Positions 43,950 to 53,169 of a stretch of DNA of 64,000 nucleotides are shown here, in pieces. The stretch's first letter is position 1. Each line of letters begins with the position of its first letter. The stretch lies in IMG/VR virus record IMGVR_UViG_3300048905_000045; one strand, given 5' to 3'. A program made the position numbers and the translations under genes. The notes below the pieces were generated by a model. It searched no databases and was not told the DNA's origin. It was given only the letters and a program-made list of their open reading frames with translations. This DNA is from an uncultured virus (IMG/VR IMGVR_UViG_3300048905_000045). Taxonomy: Duplodnaviria > Heunggongvirae > Uroviricota > Caudoviricetes.

Positions 43950-46414
43950 TCCGCACAGCCACCCTTGCCCTGTCAGCGGAGACGTTCGCCGCCGACCGCA
44001 AGTCCTACCTTGCCCGCAATGATGAGGAACTGCGCCCCCATGTGAAGGAGGCGCTGATCCGGCTCGGCCTGCCCGGCTGGGAACAGCAGATCGTCTCCGC
44101 CGCGCTCGATGTCTTCGACGTCACGGCCCGCTCCGAGGTGGACGAGTGGAATCAGGTCATCGACGACATGCGCGCCGCGTTCGCGCACGAGCTGTCCGAG
44201 GCGCTGGCGAAGACCAAGACCGCCAGCAACCGGGAGGCGCAGACCGACACCGTCACCCGCTGGGTGTCCACGATGGCGGTGAACGCCGCAACCGAGGCGG
44301 CCACCACCTCCGACACCGAGAACGACGTCGGGCTCGAATGGGTCACCATGCACGACGGCGACGTCCGCACCCCGCACCGCGAGGCCGAGGGGCAGATCGT
44401 CCCGTCCGGGCAGGAGTTCACCGTCGGCGGGGAGAAGATGTTCTACCCCGGCCAGCCGGTCGGCGACCCGTCCAATTGGATCAACTGCCGCTGCGTCGCC
44501 CGGCCCACCATGCTCGACAACGGGGACGCGTCCATCGTGGCATCCGGCGCTGACGAGACTGACGGGGAGGGCTTCACTTCCGCGGTGATCGTGGCCCTGC
44601 CCGCCGAGTCCGACCCGGTGTCCGCCGCATCCTCCGAGGCCGACGGCGCGCACTGCACCCTGCTGTTCCTTGGCGACACCGCCAACCTCGACGCGGACGC
44701 GCTGAAGAACGCGCTGGCCGAGTTCGTCACCAACGGCGAGGTCGGCGTCATGACGGAGAACGTCTCCGGCCGGGCCACCCTCGGCAAGGACAGCGCCGAC
44801 GTGGTGCTGATCGACGGCGCCAGCCTCGTCAACATCCGCAAGGGGATGCTCGAAAACTCCGACGAACTGTTCTCCGCCTACGACGCGGTCGAGCAGTTCC
44901 CCACGTGGATTCCGCACGTCACCCTCGGCTACCCGGAAACCCCCGCCAGCGGGGAGTTCGCCGGGGAGCAGATCACCTTTGACCGCCTCGCCCTCTGGTT
45001 CGGCGAGGACCGCACCGCCATCTATCCCCTTGGAGGAACCCCTGTGTCCGATAATGCCCCTGCCACCGAAGCGGTCACAGCCGCCGTGGAGGATGCGAAG
45101 CCCGCAGAGCCCGCGCCTGCCGCTGAAGCCCCCGCCCCTGACGACCAGTCGTCACCCGACGAAACCCCTTGGCACGGAGTCCTCGCCCCCGAGGGAACAC
45201 CCTCCGGCGACGGCCGCCAGTTCGCCCTCGGCGCCCTGACCAACCGGGACCTGCCCCTGCCGCTGAAGGCGATGTTCATCGACGACGAGGGCCACAAGGG
45301 CTCCGTCGTGGTCGGGCGCATCGACAACATCTTCCGCGACGGCAACCTCGTCAAGGGTGAGGGCGTCTTCGACAACTCCCCCGAAGCCGACAAGGCGAAG
45401 GGCATGGTCGAGCGCAAGATGTGGCGCGGCGTCTCTGTCGACGTGGACGCCGCAGAGCTGTCCGTCGCCGACGACACCGCCGAGGTCCAGGTCACCGAGT
45501 TCTCCACCGCCCGGATCGCGTCCGCGACCATGTGCGCGATCCCCGCGTTCGCCGAGGCATACGTCGCCATCGGCACGTGGGCCAACGCCGCCGACGACGA
45601 GACGGCACCGGAACCGGCCGCCGACGCCCCCGAGGCCGCACCACTCCCGGCCGGGCAGAAGCTGTCCTCCGTGTCGCTGGTCGCCTCCGCCGCCACCATC
45701 AGCGCCGACTACTTCCGCAACCCCATGCTGACCGAGGAAACCCCGCTGACAGTCACCGAAGACGGCCGGGTCTTCGGACACGTCGCCGGGTGGGAAACCT
45801 GCCACATCGGCTACGAGGTCTGCACCACCGCGCCGCCGTCAGCCACCGACTACGCGTACTTCCTCACCGGGCAGGTGCTCACCGACGCCGGGCCTGTGGC
45901 GGTCGGCCAGATCACCCTCGGCGGCGGGCACGCCGACGGGCGCTTCGGCCTGCGGGCCGCGGTCGCACACTACGACAACACCGGTTTTGCCGTTGCGGAC
46001 ATCACGGTATTCGAGGACGAGTTCGGCATCGCGTTCTCCGGCAAGCTCCGTGATGGTGTGACCGACAAGCAGGTCCACGAACTGCGTGCCACCGGAGTCT
46101 CCGGCGACTGGCGCGAAGTCCGGGTCCGCGGGAACACCTCGATGGAAATGATTGCGGCGCTGTCTGTGAACGTGCCGGGCTTCCCGATTGCCCGCTCCCG
46201 GGCAACGTACGCCAACGGCCATCAGGTGTCGCTCATTGGGCGCCCCGTCCAGATCAAGAAGGCCAATACCCTCGACGCGGCGTTCGTCGCCAAGCTCGAC
46301 GCCTACCACGCGGCAAAGAAGCGGCAGGAAGCTGTCGCCAAGTTCCGCTCAGAAGTACGCGCCGAGAAGGTCGCGGCACTGAAATCCGAATTCACCACAA
46401 CGGGAGGGAAGTAA
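43946..46414 (+). CDS. MuF-like + 2H phosphoesterase + capsid maturation protease fusion
   Basis: WVTMHDGDVRTPH...NCRC; HCTL and HVTL; protease-like H..VVVG/GVSVD and GH/GVSGDWR. Confidence 0.85.
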   Translation: MIRTATLALSAETFAADRKSYLARNDEELRPHVKEALIRLGLPGWEQQIVSAALDVFDVTARSEVDEWNQVIDDMRAAFAHELSEALAKTKTASNREAQTDTVTRWVSTMAVNAATEAATTSDTENDVGLEWVTMHDGDVRTPHREAEGQIVPSGQEFTVGGEKMFYPGQPVGDPSNWINCRCVARPTMLDNGDASIVASGADETDGEGFTSAVIVALPAESDPVSAASSEADGAHCTLLFLGDTANLDADALKNALAEFVTNGEVGVMTENVSGRATLGKDSADVVLIDGASLVNIRKGMLENSDELFSAYDAVEQFPTWIPHVTLGYPETPASGEFAGEQITFDRLALWFGEDRTAIYPLGGTPVSDNAPATEAVTAAVEDAKPAEPAPAAEAPAPDDQSSPDETPWHGVLAPEGTPSGDGRQFALGALTNRDLPLPLKAMFIDDEGHKGSVVVGRIDNIFRDGNLVKGEGVFDNSPEADKAKGMVERKMWRGVSVDVDAAELSVADDTAEVQVTEFSTARIASATMCAIPAFAEAYVAIGTWANAADDETAPEPAADAPEAAPLPAGQKLSSVSLVASAATISADYFRNPMLTEETPLTVTEDGRVFGHVAGWETCHIGYEVCTTAPPSATDYAYFLTGQVLTDAGPVAVGQITLGGGHADGRFGLRAAVAHYDNTGFAVADITVFEDEFGIAFSGKLRDGVTDKQVHELRATGVSGDWREVRVRGNTSMEMIAALSVNVPGFPIARSRATYANGHQVSLIGRPVQIKKANTLDAAFVAKLDAYHAAKKRQEAVAKFRSEVRAEKVAALKSEFTTTGGK
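45139..45154. repeat. 16-bp palindrome copy inside the protease fusion gene
   Basis: TGACGACCAGTCGTCA, read as DDQSS. Confidence 0.95.
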
Positions 46415-46416
46415 CC

Positions 46417-46563
46417 ATGGCTTGCGGAGCCTGCGGGAGCAATAAGACGAAGTCCACCACCTACACCCACATCGCCCCGGACGGTACTAAGAGCGGTTAC
46501 CGGACCGAAGTGGAAGCAAAAGCGGCTGTCGCCCGCAAGGGTGGGAGTTACAAGGCGGACTAA
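46417..46563 (+). CDS. 48-aa protein MACGACG... (not in the ORF track)
   Basis: GGAGG RBS; clean ORF. Confidence 0.8.
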   Translation: MACGACGSNKTKSTTYTHIAPDGTKSGYRTEVEAKAAVARKGGSYKAD

Positions 46564-46709
46564 TTCGCCGCGACACGCCCATAATCGACGGTTGCACAAC
46601 GGCCTACGTCTAGGATTTGTCTCAGTAAGACACTTTCCGAGCCGTAGGCCGTGTGTCGACCACTGTTAGCTCTACACCACACGCACTACGTCTCACTTAG
46701 GAGAGAGTC

Positions 46710-48380
46710 ATGGCTAAGTTCAAAGCCCCCACAGATGTAAAGGCCCTCGATAACGACGAGCTGGCCGCCGCAGTCGAGGAAGCACTCGCCGAATTCGGCC
46801 AGTACGCCGAAATCCCCGACGCCGAGGTCACCGACGAGCAGTTCGCTGACATGCAGGAACTCCGCGGCTTCGCCAAGGTAGCCCGCGAGGAACTGTCCAC
46901 CCGCGAAACGGCCGCCGCCGCGCGCGCCGACGAACTCGCCGCCATCCGTCAGGAAATGGCCGCAGGCGACGAGGACGAGGACAGCTCCGAGGCAGAGGCA
47001 GAAGCCGCCGCCGCCGAGGCCGCCGCCGACGAAGCCATCAAGGCAGAGGCCGCCGCGAAGGTGGAAGCCTCCGCTAAGCGCACCGGCTTCGCCTCCAAGG
47101 CCGCGTCCAAGTCCGTCGCCCCCAAGCCCACCGCGGCCAAGGGCGGCACGCTGGTCGCCGCCGCCGAGGTCCCCGGCTTCGCCGCCGGACACAAGTTCAG
47201 CAACTTCGCTGACGCGTCCAGCGCCATCCTCAACCGGCTCCAGTCGATGCCGACGAACATTCCGAACCACCAGTCCCGCGCTGGCATTCTGAATGTCAAC
47301 GTCGCCGAGACGCGCTTCACCCAGTCCAATCAGGAATTCCAGAACCGCGACCTCGAACTGCTCCTCGCGGCAGGTCAGGAGAAGTCCCTGAAGGGCGGCT
47401 CCCTCGTGGCCGCCGGTGGCTGGGGTGCGCCGTCCGAGCGGACGCTGGACTTCTGCGAACTGGAAAACGTCGACTCCCTGATCCAGCTCCCCGAGGTGAC
47501 CATCACCCGCGGCGGTGTCCAGTACACCAAGGGCCCGACCCTCGCCGACGTGCTGAACTCCTCGACCGGTTTTTGGGACATGGACGAAGCAACGGCTGAA
47601 GCCGGTGTGGAACAGAAGACGTTCCTGCGTCCGACCGTTCCGGGCTTCACCGAGAAGCGCCTGAGCGCCGTGGGTATCGGCCTCGAAGCCGGTCTGCTCC
47701 TGCGTCAGGGCTGGCCCGAGGTCATCGACCGCCACGCCAAGCTCCTGACCATCGCGCACCAGATCAAGATGGCCCGCAAGTCCATCTCCCTGATCGAGGG
47801 CTTCACCGGCAACGCGAAGGCCATCACCAACGCCTTCGGCAACGCGTTCGACATCTTCCACATCCTCGAACTGCTGGCCGTCGGCGAGCGCCAGCGCCTG
47901 TCGATGTCTGTGAACCAGACCCTCGAAGCGCTGATCCCGAACTGGGTCAAGGCCGTCGTCCGCGCCGACCTCGCCCAGCGTCAGGGCGTCGACACCCCCA
48001 AGGTGACCGACGCCGAGATTGATTCCTACCTGACGGCCCGCGGCATCAAGGCGCAGTGGATCACCCAGTATCAGGACATCCCGCTGGACCCGACCACGGG
48101 CCTCGCGCTGACCTACCCGGACACGGTCGAAGTTATCTTCTACCCGGCCGGTTCCTTCGTCCGCGGTGTCGCGCCGGTCATCCAGCTCGACACCATCTAC
48201 GACTCCACGAACCTGAAGAAGAACGACTACCTTCACCTGTTCATGGAGCAGGGCGTGCTGATGACCAACCCGTGCGGCGACGGACACCGCGTGTCCTTCC
48301 CGCTGTACGCCAACGGCCGCCGCGCCAACGTCTCCGGCACCGACGGTAACGACAACCTGTTCAACGCTCCCGTCGCGTAG
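46710..48380 (+). CDS. Major capsid (hexamer) protein with N-terminal scaffold-like region
   Basis: Acidic helical N-terminus; 'LVAAGGWGAPSE'; position. Confidence 0.9.
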   Translation: MAKFKAPTDVKALDNDELAAAVEEALAEFGQYAEIPDAEVTDEQFADMQELRGFAKVAREELSTRETAAAARADELAAIRQEMAAGDEDEDSSEAEAEAAAAEAAADEAIKAEAAAKVEASAKRTGFASKAASKSVAPKPTAAKGGTLVAAAEVPGFAAGHKFSNFADASSAILNRLQSMPTNIPNHQSRAGILNVNVAETRFTQSNQEFQNRDLELLLAAGQEKSLKGGSLVAAGGWGAPSERTLDFCELENVDSLIQLPEVTITRGGVQYTKGPTLADVLNSSTGFWDMDEATAEAGVEQKTFLRPTVPGFTEKRLSAVGIGLEAGLLLRQGWPEVIDRHAKLLTIAHQIKMARKSISLIEGFTGNAKAITNAFGNAFDIFHILELLAVGERQRLSMSVNQTLEALIPNWVKAVVRADLAQRQGVDTPKVTDAEIDSYLTARGIKAQWITQYQDIPLDPTTGLALTYPDTVEVIFYPAGSFVRGVAPVIQLDTIYDSTNLKKNDYLHLFMEQGVLMTNPCGDGHRVSFPLYANGRRANVSGTDGNDNLFNAPVA

Positions 48381-48387
48381 TGAATGA

Positions 48388-48422
48388 TCCGCTGGGGCGG
48401 TGCGGCCCATCGCCCCAGCGGA
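48388..48422 (+). terminator. Terminator/attenuator after the capsid gene
   Basis: TCCGCTGGGGCGGTG/CATCGCCCCAGCGGA then TTACTT. Confidence 0.75.
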
Positions 48423-48451
48423 TTACTTCAACCCCCGAAAGGAGGTAGGCC

Positions 48452-49207
48452 ATGACGAAGTTCCTGATTGATCCCCCCGCCGTCGCACCCGCGACCGGCG
48501 GCCTGCTGGACCTTGCCAACGTCATCACCGCTGATGCCGACTCGCTCGCGTATCACGGACTGACGCACCGCAGGGTTCTCGGCGGCCACAACCGCGTCGT
48601 CCCCGCACCCGGGCAGGACAAGGTCTTCGACCAGAACGCAGGCTACGGCGACAGTGTCGAGTTCCAGACCTACCGCGGCATCGAGGACGCCCTGCTGTTG
48701 GGCGAAGACCCTGCCGCGCTGGCCCGTGACGCATTCAGCGCCAACGAAAGCTTCGGCGTCGAGGCCGCAGTGCAGGAGCACCTGCTGAACCCGGAGGCTG
48801 TGGACCTCACCCCGACCCCGGGAACCGGTGTCACCAGCGCGAAGGTCGCTCTCGGCCTGCTGGAGCAGTGGCTGTCGGAGAACTACTCGGGCAAGGGCCT
48901 GATCCACACCAACAAGCTCGGCGTTGAACTGCTCTTTGACCGCATCGCCGGTACTGACCCGCTTGTCACCGTCAACGGCACCCCCGTTGTCAGCGGCGCC
49001 GGGTACACCGCTGACGGCCCGGACAGCCTCACCGCCGGACCGAACGAGGTCTGGGTCTACATCTCGGGCCAGATCAACCTCTGGCAGGGGGCGCTGACCA
49101 TGCAGGGCGCACCGCTCGCGAAAGCGAACCGCACCTTCGGCCTCGCCGAGCGTGCCTACGCCGCCACCAACTCAGGCCCTGTGGCCGCCATCCTCATCGG
49201 ATTCTAA
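48452..49207 (+). CDS. Second capsid protein (probable pentamer protein)
   Basis: Follows the major capsid gene; 'VNGTPVVSGAGY', 'LAERAY'; matches the two-capsid layout of cluster B-like phages. Confidence 0.65.
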   Translation: MTKFLIDPPAVAPATGGLLDLANVITADADSLAYHGLTHRRVLGGHNRVVPAPGQDKVFDQNAGYGDSVEFQTYRGIEDALLLGEDPAALARDAFSANESFGVEAAVQEHLLNPEAVDLTPTPGTGVTSAKVALGLLEQWLSENYSGKGLIHTNKLGVELLFDRIAGTDPLVTVNGTPVVSGAGYTADGPDSLTAGPNEVWVYISGQINLWQGALTMQGAPLAKANRTFGLAERAYAATNSGPVAAILIGF

Positions 49208-49217
49208 GGAGAACCCC

Positions 49218-49616
49218 ATGTCGCTTGATCTGAACACCCTGAAGGACGACGAAACCTACGTTGACGGCCGCTCCCCCGAGCAGGCCGCCGACCTTCTGGA
49301 GCGCGCCGCCGCCGCCGGTCTGTCCGGCCGCGTCTTCACCACGTCCCACGGCTACATCGTCCCCACCTCCATCCTCGACGCCAAGGAAGAAGCCGACGCT
49401 GACGCTGACGCCGACGCCGACGCCGACGCTGATGCTGACGCTGATGCCGGGGAAGAAGCAGTAGCAGAGTTTGACCCGTCCAAGGCGACGGTCGAGGAAG
49501 TCAACGACTACCTCGCCAACGTCGACGACGCCGAGCGGGAGCGCGTGCTTGCCGCCGAAGCACAGGGCAAGGACCGCAAGGCCCTGCGTCCCGCCACCCC
49601 CGAGGGAGATAAGTAA
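49218..49616 (+). CDS. Acidic protein with (DA)n linker and small helical C-domain
   Basis: AAGGAG RBS; GCYGAY hexamer repeats at about 49392-49448. Confidence 0.8.
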   Translation: MSLDLNTLKDDETYVDGRSPEQAADLLERAAAAGLSGRVFTTSHGYIVPTSILDAKEEADADADADADADADADADAGEEAVAEFDPSKATVEEVNDYLANVDDAERERVLAAEAQGKDRKALRPATPEGDK

Positions 49617-50509
49617 TGTCGCAGTCCAAGAAGGTTTCCTTCCTCCGCGGTAAGCGGATCAGGGCAACCGCCGTCAGCACCGCCGGTGTGCCGCTCTACG
49701 GAGCGTCCTCGGTCGTCACCACCAAGGGTGTCGTAACGCTGTCCTACACCACGAATGTTGAGGATGGTTCCGCGATCAGCCTGCCGAACTTCGGCGGCGA
49801 AAACTGCATCAACGAAACCGCCACCTCCAACTTCACCGGCTACAGCGTCGAAGCAGAGTTCTGCGACGTCGACTTCTCCCTGCTCAGCCTTGTTACCGGC
49901 CAGCAGGTCTACGTCGACGACAACGGCCTCGTCATCGGCATCACCGAGTCCACCGACGTGAACCTCGCGGCGGTCAACTTCGCGCTGGAGGTGTGGCTGG
50001 GCTCGAACATCCCCGGTGATTACGGCTACGTCCTCACCCCGTTCCTGACCGGCGGCACCATCGGCGACATCACCGTCGCCAACGATGCGATCACCTTCAC
50101 GGTGACTGGCCTCCAGACCAAGAACGGCAACGGCTGGGGCAAGGGCCCCTACAAGGTCGAGAAGGTCCTCGGCGTCGATTCCGTCCTGCGCACCGCGATG
50201 CTGGCGAACGACCACCGCCGCACCTTCACCACGCAGGTCGCTCCCCCGGCGGTCTACGCGGGCTCCACTCCGCTCCTGAACCCGACCGATCCGGCCCTGA
50301 CTGACATCACCGCCACGGTGGCCGTCAAGCAGGTCACGTTCGCCCCGACACCCTCGGGCACCACGCCGATCTGGTACGACTTCGGCGACGGCACGTGGGA
50401 TTACGCGGCAACCGGCGGCTACGTCAAGACGTACGCCACGGCTGGCACGTGGACCGTCACTGCACGGCGCGGCACGTCCGTCGTCACTAAGTCCGTTACC
50501 ACGACTTAG
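49616..50509 (+). CDS. Major tail protein with C-terminal PKD-like domain
   Basis: Position; 'WYDFGDG...TYATAGTWTVT'. Confidence 0.85.
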   Translation: MSQSKKVSFLRGKRIRATAVSTAGVPLYGASSVVTTKGVVTLSYTTNVEDGSAISLPNFGGENCINETATSNFTGYSVEAEFCDVDFSLLSLVTGQQVYVDDNGLVIGITESTDVNLAAVNFALEVWLGSNIPGDYGYVLTPFLTGGTIGDITVANDAITFTVTGLQTKNGNGWGKGPYKVEKVLGVDSVLRTAMLANDHRRTFTTQVAPPAVYAGSTPLLNPTDPALTDITATVAVKQVTFAPTPSGTTPIWYDFGDGTWDYAATGGYVKTYATAGTWTVTARRGTSVVTKSVTTT

Positions 50510-50584
50510 ACGCAGGGCGCGGACTACGGAACAGGGGACTTCGGTAGCGGAGCCTTCGGCGGCGTATAGCGCCTGAGTCACCGG

Positions 50585-50621
50585 GGCCGGGGAAGTGGAG
50601 GTAGCGACCACTTCCCCGGCC
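50585..50621 (+). terminator. Terminator hairpin, 14-bp stem
   Basis: GGCCGGGGAAGTGG/CCACTTCCCCGGCC. Confidence 0.7.
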
Positions 50622-50663
50622 TTCCATCCATCCATTTGCAGCACACCATCTGAAAGGCCCGTC

Positions 50664-50882
50664 ATGGCAACACCTTTTCCCACAGTCCCGGCAGGGGATG
50701 TGTGGGGCCAGAAACTCCTCGACGCAATCACTTCCCGGGACACTGACGCTGTGGCCGCCGCTGGCACCGCCGCTGACGCCAAGATCGCCGCCAAGGTCGG
50801 CGCCTCCACGCTGATCCTCGGCCCGCAGGACCCCGTGCCGGCCAACACCCCGGCCGGAACCGTCATCTTCAGGACCACCTAA
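50664..50882 (+). CDS. Small virion-associated protein
   Basis: GAAAGG RBS; 'P...DVWG..L' motif. Confidence 0.75.
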   Translation: MATPFPTVPAGDVWGQKLLDAITSRDTDAVAAAGTAADAKIAAKVGASTLILGPQDPVPANTPAGTVIFRTT

Positions 50883-50883
50883 G

Positions 50884-52398
50884 ATGGCCGTCTCCCTCGT
50901 CGGCTACACGTCGGCGGAATTCCAGACCGGCGTGTTCAACTACACCCTCACCCCGGACGGCACCATCGCCACCGGGGACTGGCTCGTCGCTGTCGCCGTC
51001 ACGGGGCAGGGGCAGGTCCTCGCGGTCCCGACGGGGTGGACGGCCCTCTACAACATGAAGGGCACCGGCACGCTGAACACTGCCGTGTTCACGAAGAAGC
51101 GCCTTGCCGGGGACACCGGCTACACCTTCACCTTCGGCGGCGCCACCACGTCCGCGAAGATCGCGATGATGTGGGTGCGCGGCGCGGCCGACACCGGCTG
51201 GGTGATCCCCACGGACGGCCGCTACCGGGCCAACTCCGGCGGCACCTTCAACAACATCGCCGACCCGATCACCGTCGCGGCCAACACGCTCGCGCTGGTC
51301 ATCTCCACCGAGCGCACTTCCGCCACCGAATCGAACATCTCCTCGATGACCGGGGCGACGCCGTGGTTCTTCGTGCCGCAAAACGGCGCCACCCAAATCG
51401 AAACCATCGCGGTCGGCTCCGTGCTGTCCTCCGGCGGCGGGGCCACCCCGTCCGTCACCATCACCTACCCGAACACGCAGGCCGCGAACGGCTGGGCCGT
51501 CCAGCTCGGCATCCCTGTCGCGGCCGCCGCTCCCGCCAGCGGGCTTTCGCGCTGGGTCGGCGGCGTCGAGGTCCCCGTGACGGTGAAGCTGTGGAACGGC
51601 ACCGCCGAGGTCGCGCTCACCCAGTCCCAGCCCGCCGTCGGCAACTATCGGATCGCGGACCTGCTGGCGACGTCCCCGTTCTACATCGCGCACCGCGGCT
51701 CCATGGACAACTGGCCCGAGCACACCATGCGGGCGTTCAAGAACTCGGTCAACTACGGCATGAAGGCGCTGGAGGTGTCGGTCAACGTCACCACCGACAG
51801 CGTCATCTTCTGCCACCACGACACCAACCTGTCGCGGATGACCGGGACGAACCTGAACTTCTCCGCCGCGACTGCCGCGCAGGTGGACGCGCTGACCACG
51901 ACGGGCGGGCTGACGGACAACCCGACGCAGGACCGCCAGCCGGTCGCCCGGCTCACCGACGTGCTCGCGGCGTACGCCTCCAACCATGTGCTGTTCATCG
52001 AGCCGAAGTCCGGCGGCGCGTGGCAGGCGGACCTGATCGCGCTGATTAAGACGTACCCGGACATCACCAACCGGATCGTCTGGAAGGCGCCGATTGTCTC
52101 CGGCTTCTCCGGCGCCAAGACCGCGGGCTTCACCACATGGGGCTACCTGCTTCAGGACGACCCGGCGCACGCGGACTGGCAGACCCTCGTGGCGAAGTCG
52201 GACGTGGACTGGATCGGCGTGAACCACACCGCGACCGACGCCTACATTCAGGGCGTCGTGGCGCTGGCGAACAGCCTCGGCAAGAAGGTCATCATGTGGG
52301 AAATCCACACCGCCGCGATGCGCGACCGGGCGCTGTCCCTCGGCGTCACGGGAATGATGACCTCCAATGTCCGCACCGTCCTGCCCAAGTACCCCTAG
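50884..52398 (+). CDS. Beta-rich N-domain fused to glycerophosphodiester phosphodiesterase (GDPD)
   Basis: 'IAHRG...PEHT..AF...LEVSV...CHHD', 'FIEPK', 'GVTGMMTS'. Confidence 0.88.
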   Translation: MAVSLVGYTSAEFQTGVFNYTLTPDGTIATGDWLVAVAVTGQGQVLAVPTGWTALYNMKGTGTLNTAVFTKKRLAGDTGYTFTFGGATTSAKIAMMWVRGAADTGWVIPTDGRYRANSGGTFNNIADPITVAANTLALVISTERTSATESNISSMTGATPWFFVPQNGATQIETIAVGSVLSSGGGATPSVTITYPNTQAANGWAVQLGIPVAAAAPASGLSRWVGGVEVPVTVKLWNGTAEVALTQSQPAVGNYRIADLLATSPFYIAHRGSMDNWPEHTMRAFKNSVNYGMKALEVSVNVTTDSVIFCHHDTNLSRMTGTNLNFSAATAAQVDALTTTGGLTDNPTQDRQPVARLTDVLAAYASNHVLFIEPKSGGAWQADLIALIKTYPDITNRIVWKAPIVSGFSGAKTAGFTTWGYLLQDDPAHADWQTLVAKSDVDWIGVNHTATDAYIQGVVALANSLGKKVIMWEIHTAAMRDRALSLGVTGMMTSNVRTVLPKYP

Positions 52399-52406
52399 GA
52401 GACACC

Positions 52407-53165
52407 TTGTTTACCCAGCTCATCACCCCCAACCCGTACGGGCCCAAGGCCGAGGAGGGCCTGTGCCTTCAGTACGTGCGCCAAGCCTTCGGGCTTCCGG
52501 CACGGTTCGGGTCCGCGACCGAGGCGTGGAACAACTCGCGCTCCCAGCACCGGGACCGGAACTACCCCAAGGGTGTCTGGTTCGCGGTGTGGTGGAAGCT
52601 CGCGGGCAACCCGTACGGCCACGTCGCCGCGGTGGCCCCGGACGGCCGGGTGTTCTCCACTTCCAACCTCAACCCCAACCCGCTGAAGGTCCACCCGAAC
52701 GTCGCCGACGTCGAAGCCTACTACGCCCGGTACGGGCACCCGCTGACGTACCTCGGCTGGACCGAAGATGTGGCCGGTTTCCCGGTCATCGCCCCGGGCA
52801 TTTCCGCTCAGGGCTCCACCACCACCACAGGAGACATTTTCATGGCACTTTCCGATGCAGAACAGAAGCGCATCCTCGCCGCCGCCGACCGGATCAACGG
52901 CCGTGTCGCCGACGTCCGGGTGCTGAACGCCGAGGACGGCGCGTACATGAACGCGATGCGTGACGCACAGCACGCGAAGGTCATGGCGGCGCTGGACCAG
53001 ACGCTCGACAAGGAGGACGGCGGCTACATCGTCAACCTCGTCAACGCGATCAAGCCCGGCTCCGTGGACCCCAAGGCCATCGCCGACGCCATCGTCGCCC
53101 TGATCCCCGTCGGCGTCTCCCCCAAGGCTGTCGCTGACGAACTCGCCGCACGGCTGAAGGACTAA
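52407..53165 (+). CDS. Endolysin (CHAP-like Cys/His amidase plus C-terminal domain)
   Basis: AGGAG RBS, TTG; 'GLCLQYVRQAFG...SATEAW...YGHVA'. Confidence 0.8.
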   Translation: MFTQLITPNPYGPKAEEGLCLQYVRQAFGLPARFGSATEAWNNSRSQHRDRNYPKGVWFAVWWKLAGNPYGHVAAVAPDGRVFSTSNLNPNPLKVHPNVADVEAYYARYGHPLTYLGWTEDVAGFPVIAPGISAQGSTTTTGDIFMALSDAEQKRILAAADRINGRVADVRVLNAEDGAYMNAMRDAQHAKVMAALDQTLDKEDGGYIVNLVNAIKPGSVDPKAIADAIVALIPVGVSPKAVADELAARLKD

Positions 53166-53169
53166 GAAC

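Noticed and set aside
49392..49448. (GCYGAY)n repeat as a contingency locus
   Set aside because: In-frame degenerate hexamer encoding an Asp-Ala linker; length changes would not switch frame
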